From: an uncultured Clostridia bacterium
Lineage (GTDB): Bacteria > Bacillota > Clostridia > Christensenellales > CAG-138
Assembly (NCBI GenBank): GCA_934633985.1
Contig: CAKTYU010000004.1
Location: 11,519 to 75,518, forward strand
Direction of reading: 5' to 3'
Length of the DNA: 64,000 nt
Each line of letters starts with the position of its first letter. Positions within the stretch are counted from its first letter, which is position 1. The position numbers and the translations under genes were made by a program. The notes beneath the pieces were generated by a model that had not been told where the DNA came from, searched no databases, and saw only the letters and a list, made by a program, of their open reading frames with translations. Shown here one piece after another: positions 8,358-17,219 of the stretch.

Positions 8358-8386
8358 ATTATAAATCCCGCGAAAAAGGCTGTCAA
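8358..8386 (-). promoter_or_regulatory. consensus sigma-A promoter placed for a leaderless transcript
   Basis: Minus strand reads TTGACA (8386-8381), 17-nt spacer, TATAAT (8363-8358), then CAAATC and ATG (8351). The A of ATG is 7 nt after the -10 hexamer. No SD sequence is possible. Confidence 0.6.
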
Positions 8387-8419
8387 CAAAGAGGAGCGGT
8401 TTGAGGGAAAAGTTAACAG

Positions 8420-9001
8420 TTAGGCCATAAGGGCGGCAAGCGCGCCGGTATGCTCCAGAAGTATCTTTAGGCCCAGGAGCATGAGTATGGCGCCTCCGGT
8501 CAGCTCCGCCTTCGACTTGTACCTCGTGCCGAAAACGCTGCCCACCTTTACTCCCGCCATGGATATTATGCAGGTGGTGCAGCCTATCATGCCCGCCGCC
8601 GTGGCTATGCTCACATCGAGGAAGGCAAAGGTTATGCCCGCCGCCAGAGCGTCTATGCTGGTGGCCACCGCAAGCATGAGCATGGCCTTAAAGGAGAGCG
8701 AGCCGCTGTCCCTGCCCGCGTCCTCGTCCCTTGAGAGCGCCTCCCGTATCATATTTGCGCCTATGAGTGAGAGCAATATGAAGGCCACCCAATGGTCTAT
8801 GGACTCTATCGCGCCGCTGAAGCGCGAGCCCAGGAAGTATCCTATCGTGGGCATTAGCGCCTGAAAGCCGCCGAACCAAAGCCCGACTATGGCGGCCTTT
8901 TTGAAATTTATGCGCTTCACGGCAAGGCCCTTGCATATCGATACGGCGAAGGCGTCCATGGACAGGCCGACGGCTAAAATAAACAGCTCCAACGCGCTCA
9001 T
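8420..9001 (-). CDS. mntP: manganese efflux pump MntP
   Basis: 193 aa, about 6 TM helices. N-terminal LSMDAFAVS and internal [10 protein letters not shown] repeats typical of MntP. Confidence 0.85.
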   Translation of the reverse strand: MSALELFILAVGLSMDAFAVSICKGLAVKRINFKKAAIVGLWFGGFQALMPTIGYFLGSRFSGAIESIDHWVAFILLSLIGANMIREALSRDEDAGRDSGSLSFKAMLMLAVATSIDALAAGITFAFLDVSIATAAGMIGCTTCIISMAGVKVGSVFGTRYKSKAELTGGAILMLLGLKILLEHTGALAALMA

Positions 9002-9061
9002 AGGATTTTATACCTCTTTCCCGGCAAAAACACTAACAGCCTGCAACTATATTGCAATTAT

Positions 9062-9103
9062 TATAAATAATAGGTCAGGGGCGTCCCCATTATGAACGCC
9101 CCT
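9062..9103 (-). terminator. probable terminator after valS
   Basis: Stem AGGGGCGT (9077-9084) / ACGCCCCT (9096-9103), followed on the minus strand by a T-rich GACCTATTATTTATAA. Confidence 0.45.
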
Positions 9104-9120
9104 CGATCTTATCCGAATCG

Positions 9121-11763
9121 TTACCCCTGCAGCTCCGCAAGGCGATGCTCCAGCTTGGATAGCATATCCTTAGCGACCTCTAACTTGCCCTTTTCCTCGT
9201 TTATGACCTTTTCCGGGGCCTTGGCGACGAAGCCCGGGTTGCTGAGCTTGCCCTCTGCGCGGGCGACCTCGCCCTTCATGCGGCTTATCTCCTTGCTCAC
9301 CCTCTCTATTTCCTTATCTATGTCGATAAGCTGATCCAGAGGTATGAAGGCCTCGCCCATGGCGCATACGGCGTTTACCGCTCCCTTGGGTATGCCGCCC
9401 TTATCCTGCTGCACTATCACGTTCTCCGCGCCCGCCAGCTTCATAAGGTATGCCCTTGCCATCTCGAAGGCGGGGGCGTTCTCCGCGGGGGTCACCATGT
9501 ATACGGCGGTGCGCCTTGCGGGGGGTACGTTCATCTCCGCCCGTAGGTTCCTTATGGAGCGGATAACGTCCATGACGCCCTCCATCTCCTCCGCCTCCTT
9601 TGCAAACTCCAGCGCGTCGCTGTGCTTGGGCCAGCTTGCGCACATTATGGTCTCCTCCGCGTTGGGCAGGCTCTGATAAAGCTCCTCCGTTATGAACGGC
9701 ATGAAGGGATGGAGCAGCTTCATGGAATCCCCCAGCACCCGCACAAGTATGGACTTCACGTTTGCCTTGGCGCTCTCGTCCTCACCGTAAAGGCGGGGCT
9801 TCGCCATCTCTATGTACCAGTCGCAGAACTCGGTCCATATAAAATCATATACCTTCTGCGCGGCGACGTTGAGCTCGAAGTTATCCATGTTGGAGGTGAC
9901 CTCCCCCACGACGGCGTTGAGCCTGTGGAGTATCCACTTGTCGGCTATATCCAGCCTCGCCATGTCTATATCGCCTATCTTATCGTCCCCTAAGTTCATC
10001 TGGACAAAGCGGGAGGCGTTGTAGACCTTGTTGCAGAAGTTCCTTGCGGCCTCCACCTTTTTATTGGAAAAGCGCATGTCGTTGCCGGCGCTGTTTCCGG
10101 TGACGAGGCTGAAGCGCAGTGAATCCGCGCCGTAGTCCTTTATTATTTCGAGGGGATCTATGCCGTTGCCCAGGGATTTGGACATCTTGCGGCCCAGCTC
10201 GTCGCGGACTATGCCGTGTATGTACACCGTGTCGAAGGGTATCCTGCCCATGACCTTGGTTCCGAACACTATCATTCTGGCTACCCAGAAGAAGATTATG
10301 TCGTAGCCGGTGACGAGGGTGCTGGTGGGGTAGAAGTATTCCAGCTCGGGGGTCTTGTCCGGCCAGCCCAGCGTGGAGAAGGGCCACATGCCGGAGCTGA
10401 ACCACGTATCCAGCACGTCCTCGTCCTGATGCACCTTGGCTCCGCATACCGGGCATTTTTCCGGCGGGTCCAAGGTTACCTCGATATGGCCGCAGTCGTT
10501 ATTCTCGCAGTAGTAGGCGGGTATCCTGTGGCCCCACCAGAGCTGGCGGGATATGCACCAATCCCTGATGTTGTACATCCAGTTGAAGTAGGTCTTGTTG
10601 AACCTTTCCGGCACGAACCTCACCTCGCCGTCCTCCACCACGCGGATAGCCTCCTTTGCAAGGGGCTTCATGCTCACGAACCACTGGAGGCTGGTGAGGG
10701 GCTCGACGGTATTGTGGCAGCGATAGCATACGCCTACGTTGTGGGCGTAATCCTCTATCTTTACGAGGTTGCCGCTCTTTTCCATATCCGCCACGATAGC
10801 CCTGCGGCACTCCATGGTAGTCATGCCGGTATAGGGCGCTCCCAGCTCGTTGAGGTACCCGTCGTCGGTGAATACCCTTATGCGGGGCAGATTGTGGCGC
10901 ACGCCCACCTCGAAATCGTTGGGGTCGTGGCAGGGGGTGATCTTAACCGCGCCGGAGCCGAACTCCTTATCCACGTATTCGTCCGCAACTATGGGTATCT
11001 CGCGGCCCACTATTGGCACCACCACGGTCTTGCCGATAAGCCCCGCATAGCGCTCGTCCTCCGGGTTCACGGCTATGGCGGTATCGCCGGGTATGGTTTC
11101 GGGGCGGGTGGTGGCGCAGATTATGGAATAGCTCTTGTCGGGCGCGTCATAGCGGACGTGCCAGAGGTGGCTGGCCTGCTCCTCGTATTCCACCTCGGCG
11201 TCGGAAAGCGCAGTCTGGCATACGGGGCACCAGTTGATTATCCTGTCGTCCCTATATATCAGGCCTTCTTTGTAAAGGTCTACGAATACCTTGGTTACGG
11301 CCCTGTTGCAGCCGTCGTCCATGGTGAAGCGCTCGCGCTCCCAGTCGCAGGAGGAGCCCATCTTGCGAAGCTGCTTTACTATTGCCCCGCCGTACTCGCG
11401 CCGCCACTCCCAGGCGCGCCGGAGGAACGCCTCGCGGCCTATGTCGCGCTTGTCTATGCCCTCCTTTGCCATCTCGGTAACTATCTTGACCTCGGTGGCT
11501 ATGGAGGCGTGATCCGTGCCGGGGAGCCACAGCGCCTCATAGCCGCTCATGCGCTTATAGCGTATTATGGAATCCTGCAGCGTGTTGTCCAGCGCGTGTC
11601 CCATGTGCAGCTTGCCGGTTATGTTTGGCGGCGGCATAACTATGCAGTAAGGCTTCTTTTCGGGGTTGGGCTCCGCATGGAAGTAGCCCTTGCTTTCCCA
11701 GCCTTCGTAAAGCCTGCTTTCCACATCGGAATGGTCATAGGTCTTGGGCAGTTCTTTGCTCAT
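9121..11763 (-). CDS. valS: valine--tRNA ligase
   Basis: 880 aa. HIGH-type motif PPNITGKLHMGHAL, KMSKS motif present, C-terminal coiled coil. Confidence 0.97.
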   Translation of the reverse strand: MSKELPKTYDHSDVESRLYEGWESKGYFHAEPNPEKKPYCIVMPPPNITGKLHMGHALDNTLQDSIIRYKRMSGYEALWLPGTDHASIATEVKIVTEMAKEGIDKRDIGREAFLRRAWEWRREYGGAIVKQLRKMGSSCDWERERFTMDDGCNRAVTKVFVDLYKEGLIYRDDRIINWCPVCQTALSDAEVEYEEQASHLWHVRYDAPDKSYSIICATTRPETIPGDTAIAVNPEDERYAGLIGKTVVVPIVGREIPIVADEYVDKEFGSGAVKITPCHDPNDFEVGVRHNLPRIRVFTDDGYLNELGAPYTGMTTMECRRAIVADMEKSGNLVKIEDYAHNVGVCYRCHNTVEPLTSLQWFVSMKPLAKEAIRVVEDGEVRFVPERFNKTYFNWMYNIRDWCISRQLWWGHRIPAYYCENNDCGHIEVTLDPPEKCPVCGAKVHQDEDVLDTWFSSGMWPFSTLGWPDKTPELEYFYPTSTLVTGYDIIFFWVARMIVFGTKVMGRIPFDTVYIHGIVRDELGRKMSKSLGNGIDPLEIIKDYGADSLRFSLVTGNSAGNDMRFSNKKVEAARNFCNKVYNASRFVQMNLGDDKIGDIDMARLDIADKWILHRLNAVVGEVTSNMDNFELNVAAQKVYDFIWTEFCDWYIEMAKPRLYGEDESAKANVKSILVRVLGDSMKLLHPFMPFITEELYQSLPNAEETIMCASWPKHSDALEFAKEAEEMEGVMDVIRSIRNLRAEMNVPPARRTAVYMVTPAENAPAFEMARAYLMKLAGAENVIVQQDKGGIPKGAVNAVCAMGEAFIPLDQLIDIDKEIERVSKEISRMKGEVARAEGKLSNPGFVAKAPEKVINEEKGKLEVAKDMLSKLEHRLAELQG

Positions 11764-11796
11764 TTCTCTTCCTCCTGTATCCTAAGAAATAACGTT

Positions 11797-12030
11797 CAAT
11801 AAAAAAATCCGCCCCGCCCTTTCATTCAAAGGACGAGCGGACCCGCGGTACCACCTTTATTGAGCGCAGCGCGCTCCTCTTTTGCGCCGTAACGGGGCGC
11901 GCCCGCCGGGGGCTACCTGTTATTTCACCTCCGGGGCTCCTAAGCGACCTTCTGCCCTCTCCTTGCAAACAGCCCTCTCAGCCGGCGGGGCCGTCTCTCT
12001 TGTGCGGTATGAGCGCATACTCCTCTTAAT
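11797..12030 (-). promoter_or_regulatory. T-box leader (valine-specific) controlling valS
   Basis: Conserved T-box AAUAAAGGUGGUACCGCGGG (RC of 11841-11860). Overlapping terminator TCCGCTCGTCCTTT-GAATG-AAAGGGCGGGGCGGA + TTTTTTT (11801-11841). Candidate specifier GUC (Val) in AGAAG-GUC-GC at 11946-11948. The 5' end is approximate. Confidence 0.85.
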
Positions 12031-12043
12031 CCTTGCCATTATT

Positions 12044-12320
12044 TACCATCAGTTGACAAGGACACACAAGGTTTTAGGAGCCAAACAGCACGGCATAACT
12101 GTGTCGTCCTCATTTGAAATACAACCAGTATTTCTGCACTCGTCCTCCTTGTTCTGCCATACTCTTTGGCTTCTAAAACTCAAAGACCCCAAAGAGCTTG
12201 TTTTGAGGGCGATCCAAGGCCGAGGAGCGCAGTACTACTGGATGTAATACAAGCGACGAGAACGCAGGAGCGTCCCAAAACAAGCCTTTCGGGCTTGTGT
12301 GCTCTTGTCAACTGATGGTA
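12044..12320. repeat. 277-bp element bounded by 27-bp imperfect terminal inverted repeats
   Basis: Left arm TACCATCAGTTGACAAGGACACACAAG (12044-12070). The reverse complement of the right arm (12294-12320) is TACCATCAGTTGACAAGAGCACACAAG, 25/27 identical. No convincing ORF in the 223-bp interior. Confidence 0.7.
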
Positions 12321-12330
12321 GCTTTAGTTT

Positions 12331-12360
12331 ATAAAAAAGCTGGGGCTTTGTCAAGCCCCC
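12331..12360 (-). terminator. rho-independent terminator after the DUF4870-like gene
   Basis: Minus strand: GGGGCTT-GACA-AAGCCCC then AGCTTTTTTAT. Confidence 0.75.
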
Positions 12361-12383
12361 GCCATAACATTGCGTCCCGTTAT

Positions 12384-12725
12384 TTACGCCTCGGGTATGA
12401 ACCTTACCTTGCCTATCCAGGGTATTTCGTAATACTCCCGCTTGCAGGTGCGTACTATGGCGATTATAGTAAATACCACGCCTGCCACCATGCCCACCGC
12501 TCCGGCTATCCAGCCCAATACGGGGATCACCAGCACTATGGAGCTCGCTATGAACCACAGCATAAGGCATATCACCTGATTTACATGATGGCGCACATAG
12601 TTGGAGTCCTTATCCAGTATGAGCATTATCGCCGCAAGAGGCATGAGCACATAGGACAGCGCCGCTAAATTGCGGTACCTTTCCACATCGTTGTTGAGGG
12701 CTGCGTTTCCGTTGATATTATCCAT
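12384..12725 (-). CDS. small membrane protein, DUF4870-like
   Basis: Pattern LAALSYVLMPLAAIMLILDKDSNYVRHHVNQVI plus TM helices. GGAGGA lies 8 nt upstream of ATG 12725 (MDNINGN). The ORF-track start 12743 is a TTG immediately upstream of that SD, which falls inside the extended ORF. Confidence 0.6.
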   Translation of the reverse strand: MDNINGNAALNNDVERYRNLAALSYVLMPLAAIMLILDKDSNYVRHHVNQVICLMLWFIASSIVLVIPVLGWIAGAVGMVAGVVFTIIAIVRTCKREYYEIPWIGKVRFIPEA

Positions 12726-12837
12726 ATATATTTCCTCCGTCAATAAATTCTTAGCCTCTGCCTACCGTATCTTATACTTTATATCCATATTCGTCAAGGT
12801 TCAAGAGCATTTCGCGCTATTTAATAAAACCTTAAAA

Positions 12838-14136
12838 TCATGCCCTTCTGAGCCCCTTGGGAAGGTGGTTTTTGAGCGTCCCTTCCACCGCCTTGCCGAA
12901 GCCCACCGGAAAGCCGCCCACCGACAGCGGCATATACCCCTTAAGCCCCTCGGGTATGCCTATGGTGCTGCCCTTGAGGAAGTCGTATAGCCGCGGGTCG
13001 TCCGGCGCAAGCTCTATGGCGTTCCTGTATGTGCCGCCGTGGGCTGCCATAAAGAGACTGTGGGCGGGAGTAAACCTGCCCTTCAGCATATCTCCCGCGT
13101 ACACGCCGGCGCTGAGCAGCCTTACCGCTGACAATCCCGCCGGCAGCTCTCCGTTGATCAGCAGTACCCGTCCATCCTTTATCATATATGCCTTGCCCTT
13201 TGGCGGCTGGTCAAAGGTATGCTCTATAAATCCGAAATAGTCCTTCTCCCTGCAGGGCATAAGCTTCATATCCGGCTGGGGCATACGGTCATCGCCAGCC
13301 TTTTTCAGCCGCGCGGTAAAATGCCCCTCGCCTTGGCAGGTGTGCGGGTAGAGCCGCTCCATGAGCTCTATCTCCATATCCGGAAGCTCCGAGGCGAGCC
13401 ATTCCATGTTCTCCTCGTTTTCCTCCCTTGAAAAGGTGCAGGTGGAATATATCAGCTTGCCGCCGGGGCGCAGGGCCTTATACGCGCTTTTGAGTATGGC
13501 CCGCTGCCGCTGGGCGCAGGATATGACGTGCTCCTCAGACCACTCGGCTATCGCCGCCTCGTCCTTTCTGAACATGCCCTCGCCGCTGCACGGGGCATCC
13601 ACTATGACCCTGTCGAAATACCCCGGCAGTGCCTCGCAGAGCGCGTCCGGATGGGCGCAGGTGACGGCGGCGTTCGTCACCCCCAGCCGTTCCAGCGTAA
13701 AGCCCAGTATCTTTGCCCTGCCCGGCACTATCTCGTTTGCTACGAGCAATCCTTCGCCGTGCATACGCGCCGCGATGCCGCCGCTCTTGCCGCCCGGGGC
13801 GGCGCAAAGATCCAGCACCCTCATGCCCGGCTCTATCTCCGCCGCGGCGATGGGAGCCATGGCGGAGGGCTCCTGAATGTAGAAAAGCCCGGCGATGTGG
13901 TAAGGGTCGCCGCCTATTCCGTCCGCGGGCTCCCTTATCGCAAAGCCCTCCTCCAATATTTCGGAGCGTTGGAGCTTATAGGGGAGCAGGCCCTCCAACG
14001 CCTTCGGGTCCGTCTTTAGCAGGTTTGCGCGAAGGCCCCGCACGGGGGGCTGATCGTAGCTTTTCAGAAACTCCCCGAGCTCTCCGCCCAGCTCCTCGCC
14101 CATTCTCCTTATGAACTTTTCCGGCAGCCTTATCAT
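12838..14136 (-). CDS. NOL1/NOP2/Sun-family rRNA m5C methyltransferase (RsmF/YebU-like)
   Basis: SAM motif DLCAAPGGKS and catalytic DAPCSGEGMFRKD. Confidence 0.85.
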   Translation of the reverse strand: MIRLPEKFIRRMGEELGGELGEFLKSYDQPPVRGLRANLLKTDPKALEGLLPYKLQRSEILEEGFAIREPADGIGGDPYHIAGLFYIQEPSAMAPIAAAEIEPGMRVLDLCAAPGGKSGGIAARMHGEGLLVANEIVPGRAKILGFTLERLGVTNAAVTCAHPDALCEALPGYFDRVIVDAPCSGEGMFRKDEAAIAEWSEEHVISCAQRQRAILKSAYKALRPGGKLIYSTCTFSREENEENMEWLASELPDMEIELMERLYPHTCQGEGHFTARLKKAGDDRMPQPDMKLMPCREKDYFGFIEHTFDQPPKGKAYMIKDGRVLLINGELPAGLSAVRLLSAGVYAGDMLKGRFTPAHSLFMAAHGGTYRNAIELAPDDPRLYDFLKGSTIGIPEGLKGYMPLSVGGFPVGFGKAVEGTLKNHLPKGLRRA

Positions 14137-14142
14137 AATAAA

Positions 14143-15525
14143 TTACAGGTACCTCTCCAGCCTTTCCCAAGCCCTGTCGTACATATCCCGGCCCTTTTCC
14201 ATGGCCTCGCGCCCCATCTCCTCCGCCTTGCCGTATATTTCCCGGCTCTTCTGCTCAAGGCTTACCCTGCGCTCATAGGCGGCGTTCATGCGGGTCTGCA
14301 CCTCCGCCATCATCGCAAAGAAGGGGTCTGTCCATATACGGTCGCGCTCGGTGTTCCCCTTTTTGTAATTGTCTATCACGACGCCATAGCGGTCAACGGC
14401 CCGCCGCACGCTATCCTCCCATGAGATATAAAGCTCCTCCATGGCGGCGGCGCCCATGCTTTTTACAGCCTCGGCCTCGCGGCAGGAGAACCTCACCGCC
14501 TCCGCCATCGAATCGGCGTTTTCCTCTATGAGATAGGCGTTTTGCAGATGCGCCGTGCCCTCCGCCGCGCAGCTTCCCCTTACCAGCACGCTCGGAAGCC
14601 CGCACGCGGCGGCCTCCCTGACGACTATGCCGTTGGTATCGAAGGTGGACGGGAAAAGGAACATATCCGCCGCGCAGAAATACTTCCTGAGAAGCTCTCT
14701 GTCCCTTATGGCCCCGGGGAATATACATTCCCCATCAAGCCCTATCTTTTTGGCGTATTCCTCCATCTCCGGCCTGTCCGCGCCGTCGCCCACGAAGATC
14801 ATCTTAAAGGCAAGGCCGTCCTCCTTTGCCCTTTTAAGCCCGTCCAGCGTTATGCGTATGCCCTTGTACCACATCATGCGGCCTACATACATAAAGACCC
14901 GCTCCTCCGGCCCTATGCCGTACTGCCGGCGTATCTCCATGGCCTCCTCCGGCGCCACCCTTCCCTTGGGGAAGTCCACGCCGTTTTCCATTACTATATA
15001 GTCCCCCTCATAGCCTATGCCCCGAAGGTTTTCGCCGGCCCCCTTGCTTACCACCCATACCTCGTCGCAGGACTGTATATTGGAGCAGAGGTTGCGCAGC
15101 GCGGCCTCCTGTATGAGCTTTGAGCGCACCATATCGCATATATTTACATCGAACTTTGTGTGATAGGTGAATACCACGGGTATATCCAGCTTTTCCCTGA
15201 GCGTGCGCGCAATGAGCGTGGAAACTACGGGACAGTGGGTATGTATTATGTTGAAGCCCGCCTTTTCCAGCTGCCCGAATACCTTCGCGTCAAAGGGCAC
15301 GCCCGCACGGTAGCCCACGAGCTGCTCCGTGCTGAGGCTGGGGTAGCGCACCACATCAAAGGGGTAGCCGTCCACGGCGCCCGGGTATTCCGGCGTCACC
15401 ACAGTGGCCTTGCCCATATCGTATCTGGTTATCATCTCCCCGTAATTCACCACGGCGTTGGCCACGCCGTCTATCACGGGTGGGAAGGAGTCGTTAAGCA
15501 GGCATACGTTTATCTTATCGTGCAT
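14143..15525 (-). CDS. GT4-family glycosyltransferase with C-terminal helical extension
   Basis: N-terminal NDSFPPVIDGVANAV and a GT-B C-terminal half with an EX7E-like region (FLFPSTFDTNGIVVREAAACG). Confidence 0.8.
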   Translation of the reverse strand: MHDKINVCLLNDSFPPVIDGVANAVVNYGEMITRYDMGKATVVTPEYPGAVDGYPFDVVRYPSLSTEQLVGYRAGVPFDAKVFGQLEKAGFNIIHTHCPVVSTLIARTLREKLDIPVVFTYHTKFDVNICDMVRSKLIQEAALRNLCSNIQSCDEVWVVSKGAGENLRGIGYEGDYIVMENGVDFPKGRVAPEEAMEIRRQYGIGPEERVFMYVGRMMWYKGIRITLDGLKRAKEDGLAFKMIFVGDGADRPEMEEYAKKIGLDGECIFPGAIRDRELLRKYFCAADMFLFPSTFDTNGIVVREAAACGLPSVLVRGSCAAEGTAHLQNAYLIEENADSMAEAVRFSCREAEAVKSMGAAAMEELYISWEDSVRRAVDRYGVVIDNYKKGNTERDRIWTDPFFAMMAEVQTRMNAAYERRVSLEQKSREIYGKAEEMGREAMEKGRDMYDRAWERLERYL

Positions 15526-15710
15526 AGTGCTTCCGTCCGTCTTTCATAATTTTTATTTATTATACAATCAGGAGGCATTTCTTTCAACCGGGCGCCGCCC
15601 GCTTTTGTGTCGTTCCTTTGAAAACACTTGTTTTTGTTTTGTACACAGGATATAATATTGTCAATCAGGTTCCCTCTTTTTGGGGGCCTTAAAAAAGGAA
15701 GGATCGCACA

Positions 15711-17195
15711 ATGGATTACACCTGCACACGGGACAACAGCGTCAGCATCTCCGCCTCCGGCGCCATACTCGCCGGCATATCGCCGGACGGCGGGCTTTTT
15801 TTGCCGAAGGGCTTTCCAAGGGTATCGCCGGGCAATATGGAAAAAATGCGGGGAATGGCCTACCCTGAGCGGGCGGCATACATAATCGGCCTGTTCCTTT
15901 CCGACTTTACGGGCGATGAGCTAAGGGAATATACCTCGGCGGCGTATTCCAGGGCGCGCTTCGGCGAGAATACCGCGCCCGTCGTCGATATAGGCGGCGA
16001 AAGCATACTGGAGCTTTTCCACGGCCCCACCTCCGCCTTCAAGGATTTCGCCCTGCAGCTTCTCCCCTACCTGCTTACGGCCTCGGCCAAAAAGCAGGGC
16101 ATAAGCGACAAGATAGCCATACTCGTGGCCACCTCCGGCGATACCGGCAAGGCCGCGCTGGAGGGCTTTGCGGACGTGGACGGAACCGGTATATGCGTGT
16201 TTTACCCCTACGGCGGCACCAGCGAGATACAGCGCCTGCAAATGACCACCCAGCGGGGCAAAAACGTACTCGTTACCGCTGTAAAGGGCAACTTTGACGA
16301 CGCACAATCCGGGGTAAAGGCGATATTCACCGACAGGGCCTTCGCAGATGAGCTCAAGGGCATGGGCGTTCGACTGTCCTCCGCAAACTCCATAAACTGG
16401 GGGCGGCTCGTGCCTCAGGTGGCGTACTATTTCTCCGCCTACTGCGACATGGTGAATGCCGGCACGGTAAGCCCCGGAGATGAAATAAACATCGCCGTTC
16501 CCACCGGCAACTTCGGCAACATACTGGCGGCCTATATAGCCAAGCTCTGCGGCCTGCCGGTAAAGCGCTTTATCTGCGCCTCCAACAAAAACAACGTGCT
16601 CACCGACTTCATACAAAGCGGCACATACGACAAGAACCGCCCCTTTTACCTTACCACCTCCCCCTCCATGGATATACTCATATCCTCCAACCTCGAAAGG
16701 CTGCTTTACCTGCTCTCCGGCAGGAACGACGCAGAGGTGCGCGGCTATATGAGGGCCCTGTCGGAAAGCGGGCGGTACACCGTGAGCCAGGAGCTGCACA
16801 GCGCCATAACGGCGGAATTTGCCTGCGGCTTTGCCGACGACGCAAGGGCGGCGGAGACCATAAGGCGCACCTTCGAGGAAAAGCGCTACCTTGCAGACCC
16901 CCATACCGCCGTCGCCATAGCAGTATACGAGGAATATAAGCGCAGCGCCGGCGACCTCACGCCCGCCGTCATAGCCTCCACCGCCAGCCCCTTCAAGTTC
17001 TCCCGCAGCGTATTGACGGCGCTGGGCAAGGATACCTCCGGCAGCGAGTTCGACCTTATAGACAGGCTCGCCGCCATATCCGGCCTTGCCGTCCCGCCGC
17101 GTCTTGAGGCCCTCCGGGATATGCAGGAGAGGTTCACGGGCTGCATAGAGCCCGCCGGCATGAGGGCCTTCATACGGCAGGGGCTGAAAAAATAG
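15711..17195 (+). CDS. thrC: threonine synthase (long form)
   Basis: LFHGPTSAFKDFALQ (PLP lysine), ATSGDTGKAA, SANSINWGRL, VPTGNFGNILA. Collinear with my recollection of E. coli ThrC. Confidence 0.93.
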   Translation: MDYTCTRDNSVSISASGAILAGISPDGGLFLPKGFPRVSPGNMEKMRGMAYPERAAYIIGLFLSDFTGDELREYTSAAYSRARFGENTAPVVDIGGESILELFHGPTSAFKDFALQLLPYLLTASAKKQGISDKIAILVATSGDTGKAALEGFADVDGTGICVFYPYGGTSEIQRLQMTTQRGKNVLVTAVKGNFDDAQSGVKAIFTDRAFADELKGMGVRLSSANSINWGRLVPQVAYYFSAYCDMVNAGTVSPGDEINIAVPTGNFGNILAAYIAKLCGLPVKRFICASNKNNVLTDFIQSGTYDKNRPFYLTTSPSMDILISSNLERLLYLLSGRNDAEVRGYMRALSESGRYTVSQELHSAITAEFACGFADDARAAETIRRTFEEKRYLADPHTAVAIAVYEEYKRSAGDLTPAVIASTASPFKFSRSVLTALGKDTSGSEFDLIDRLAAISGLAVPPRLEALRDMQERFTGCIEPAGMRAFIRQGLKK

Positions 17196-17219
17196 TTTTA
17201 TCGAAAGGCATCTTAAATT

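Noticed and set aside
9002-9120. Possible yybP-ykoY (Mn2+) riboswitch upstream of mntP.
   Set aside because: Only about 75 nt remain between the valS terminator and the mntP start. I could not find the conserved GGGGAGUAG-type core or four-way-junction arrangement.
12044-12320. Whether the inverted-repeat element is a known housekeeping RNA (SRP RNA, 6S, tmRNA, RNase P).
   Set aside because: None of the hallmark motifs are present on either strand: SRP GGAAGCAGC-type domain IV, the RNase P GAGGAAAGUCC, or a tmRNA tRNA-like end with tag ORF. The length also does not fit 6S.
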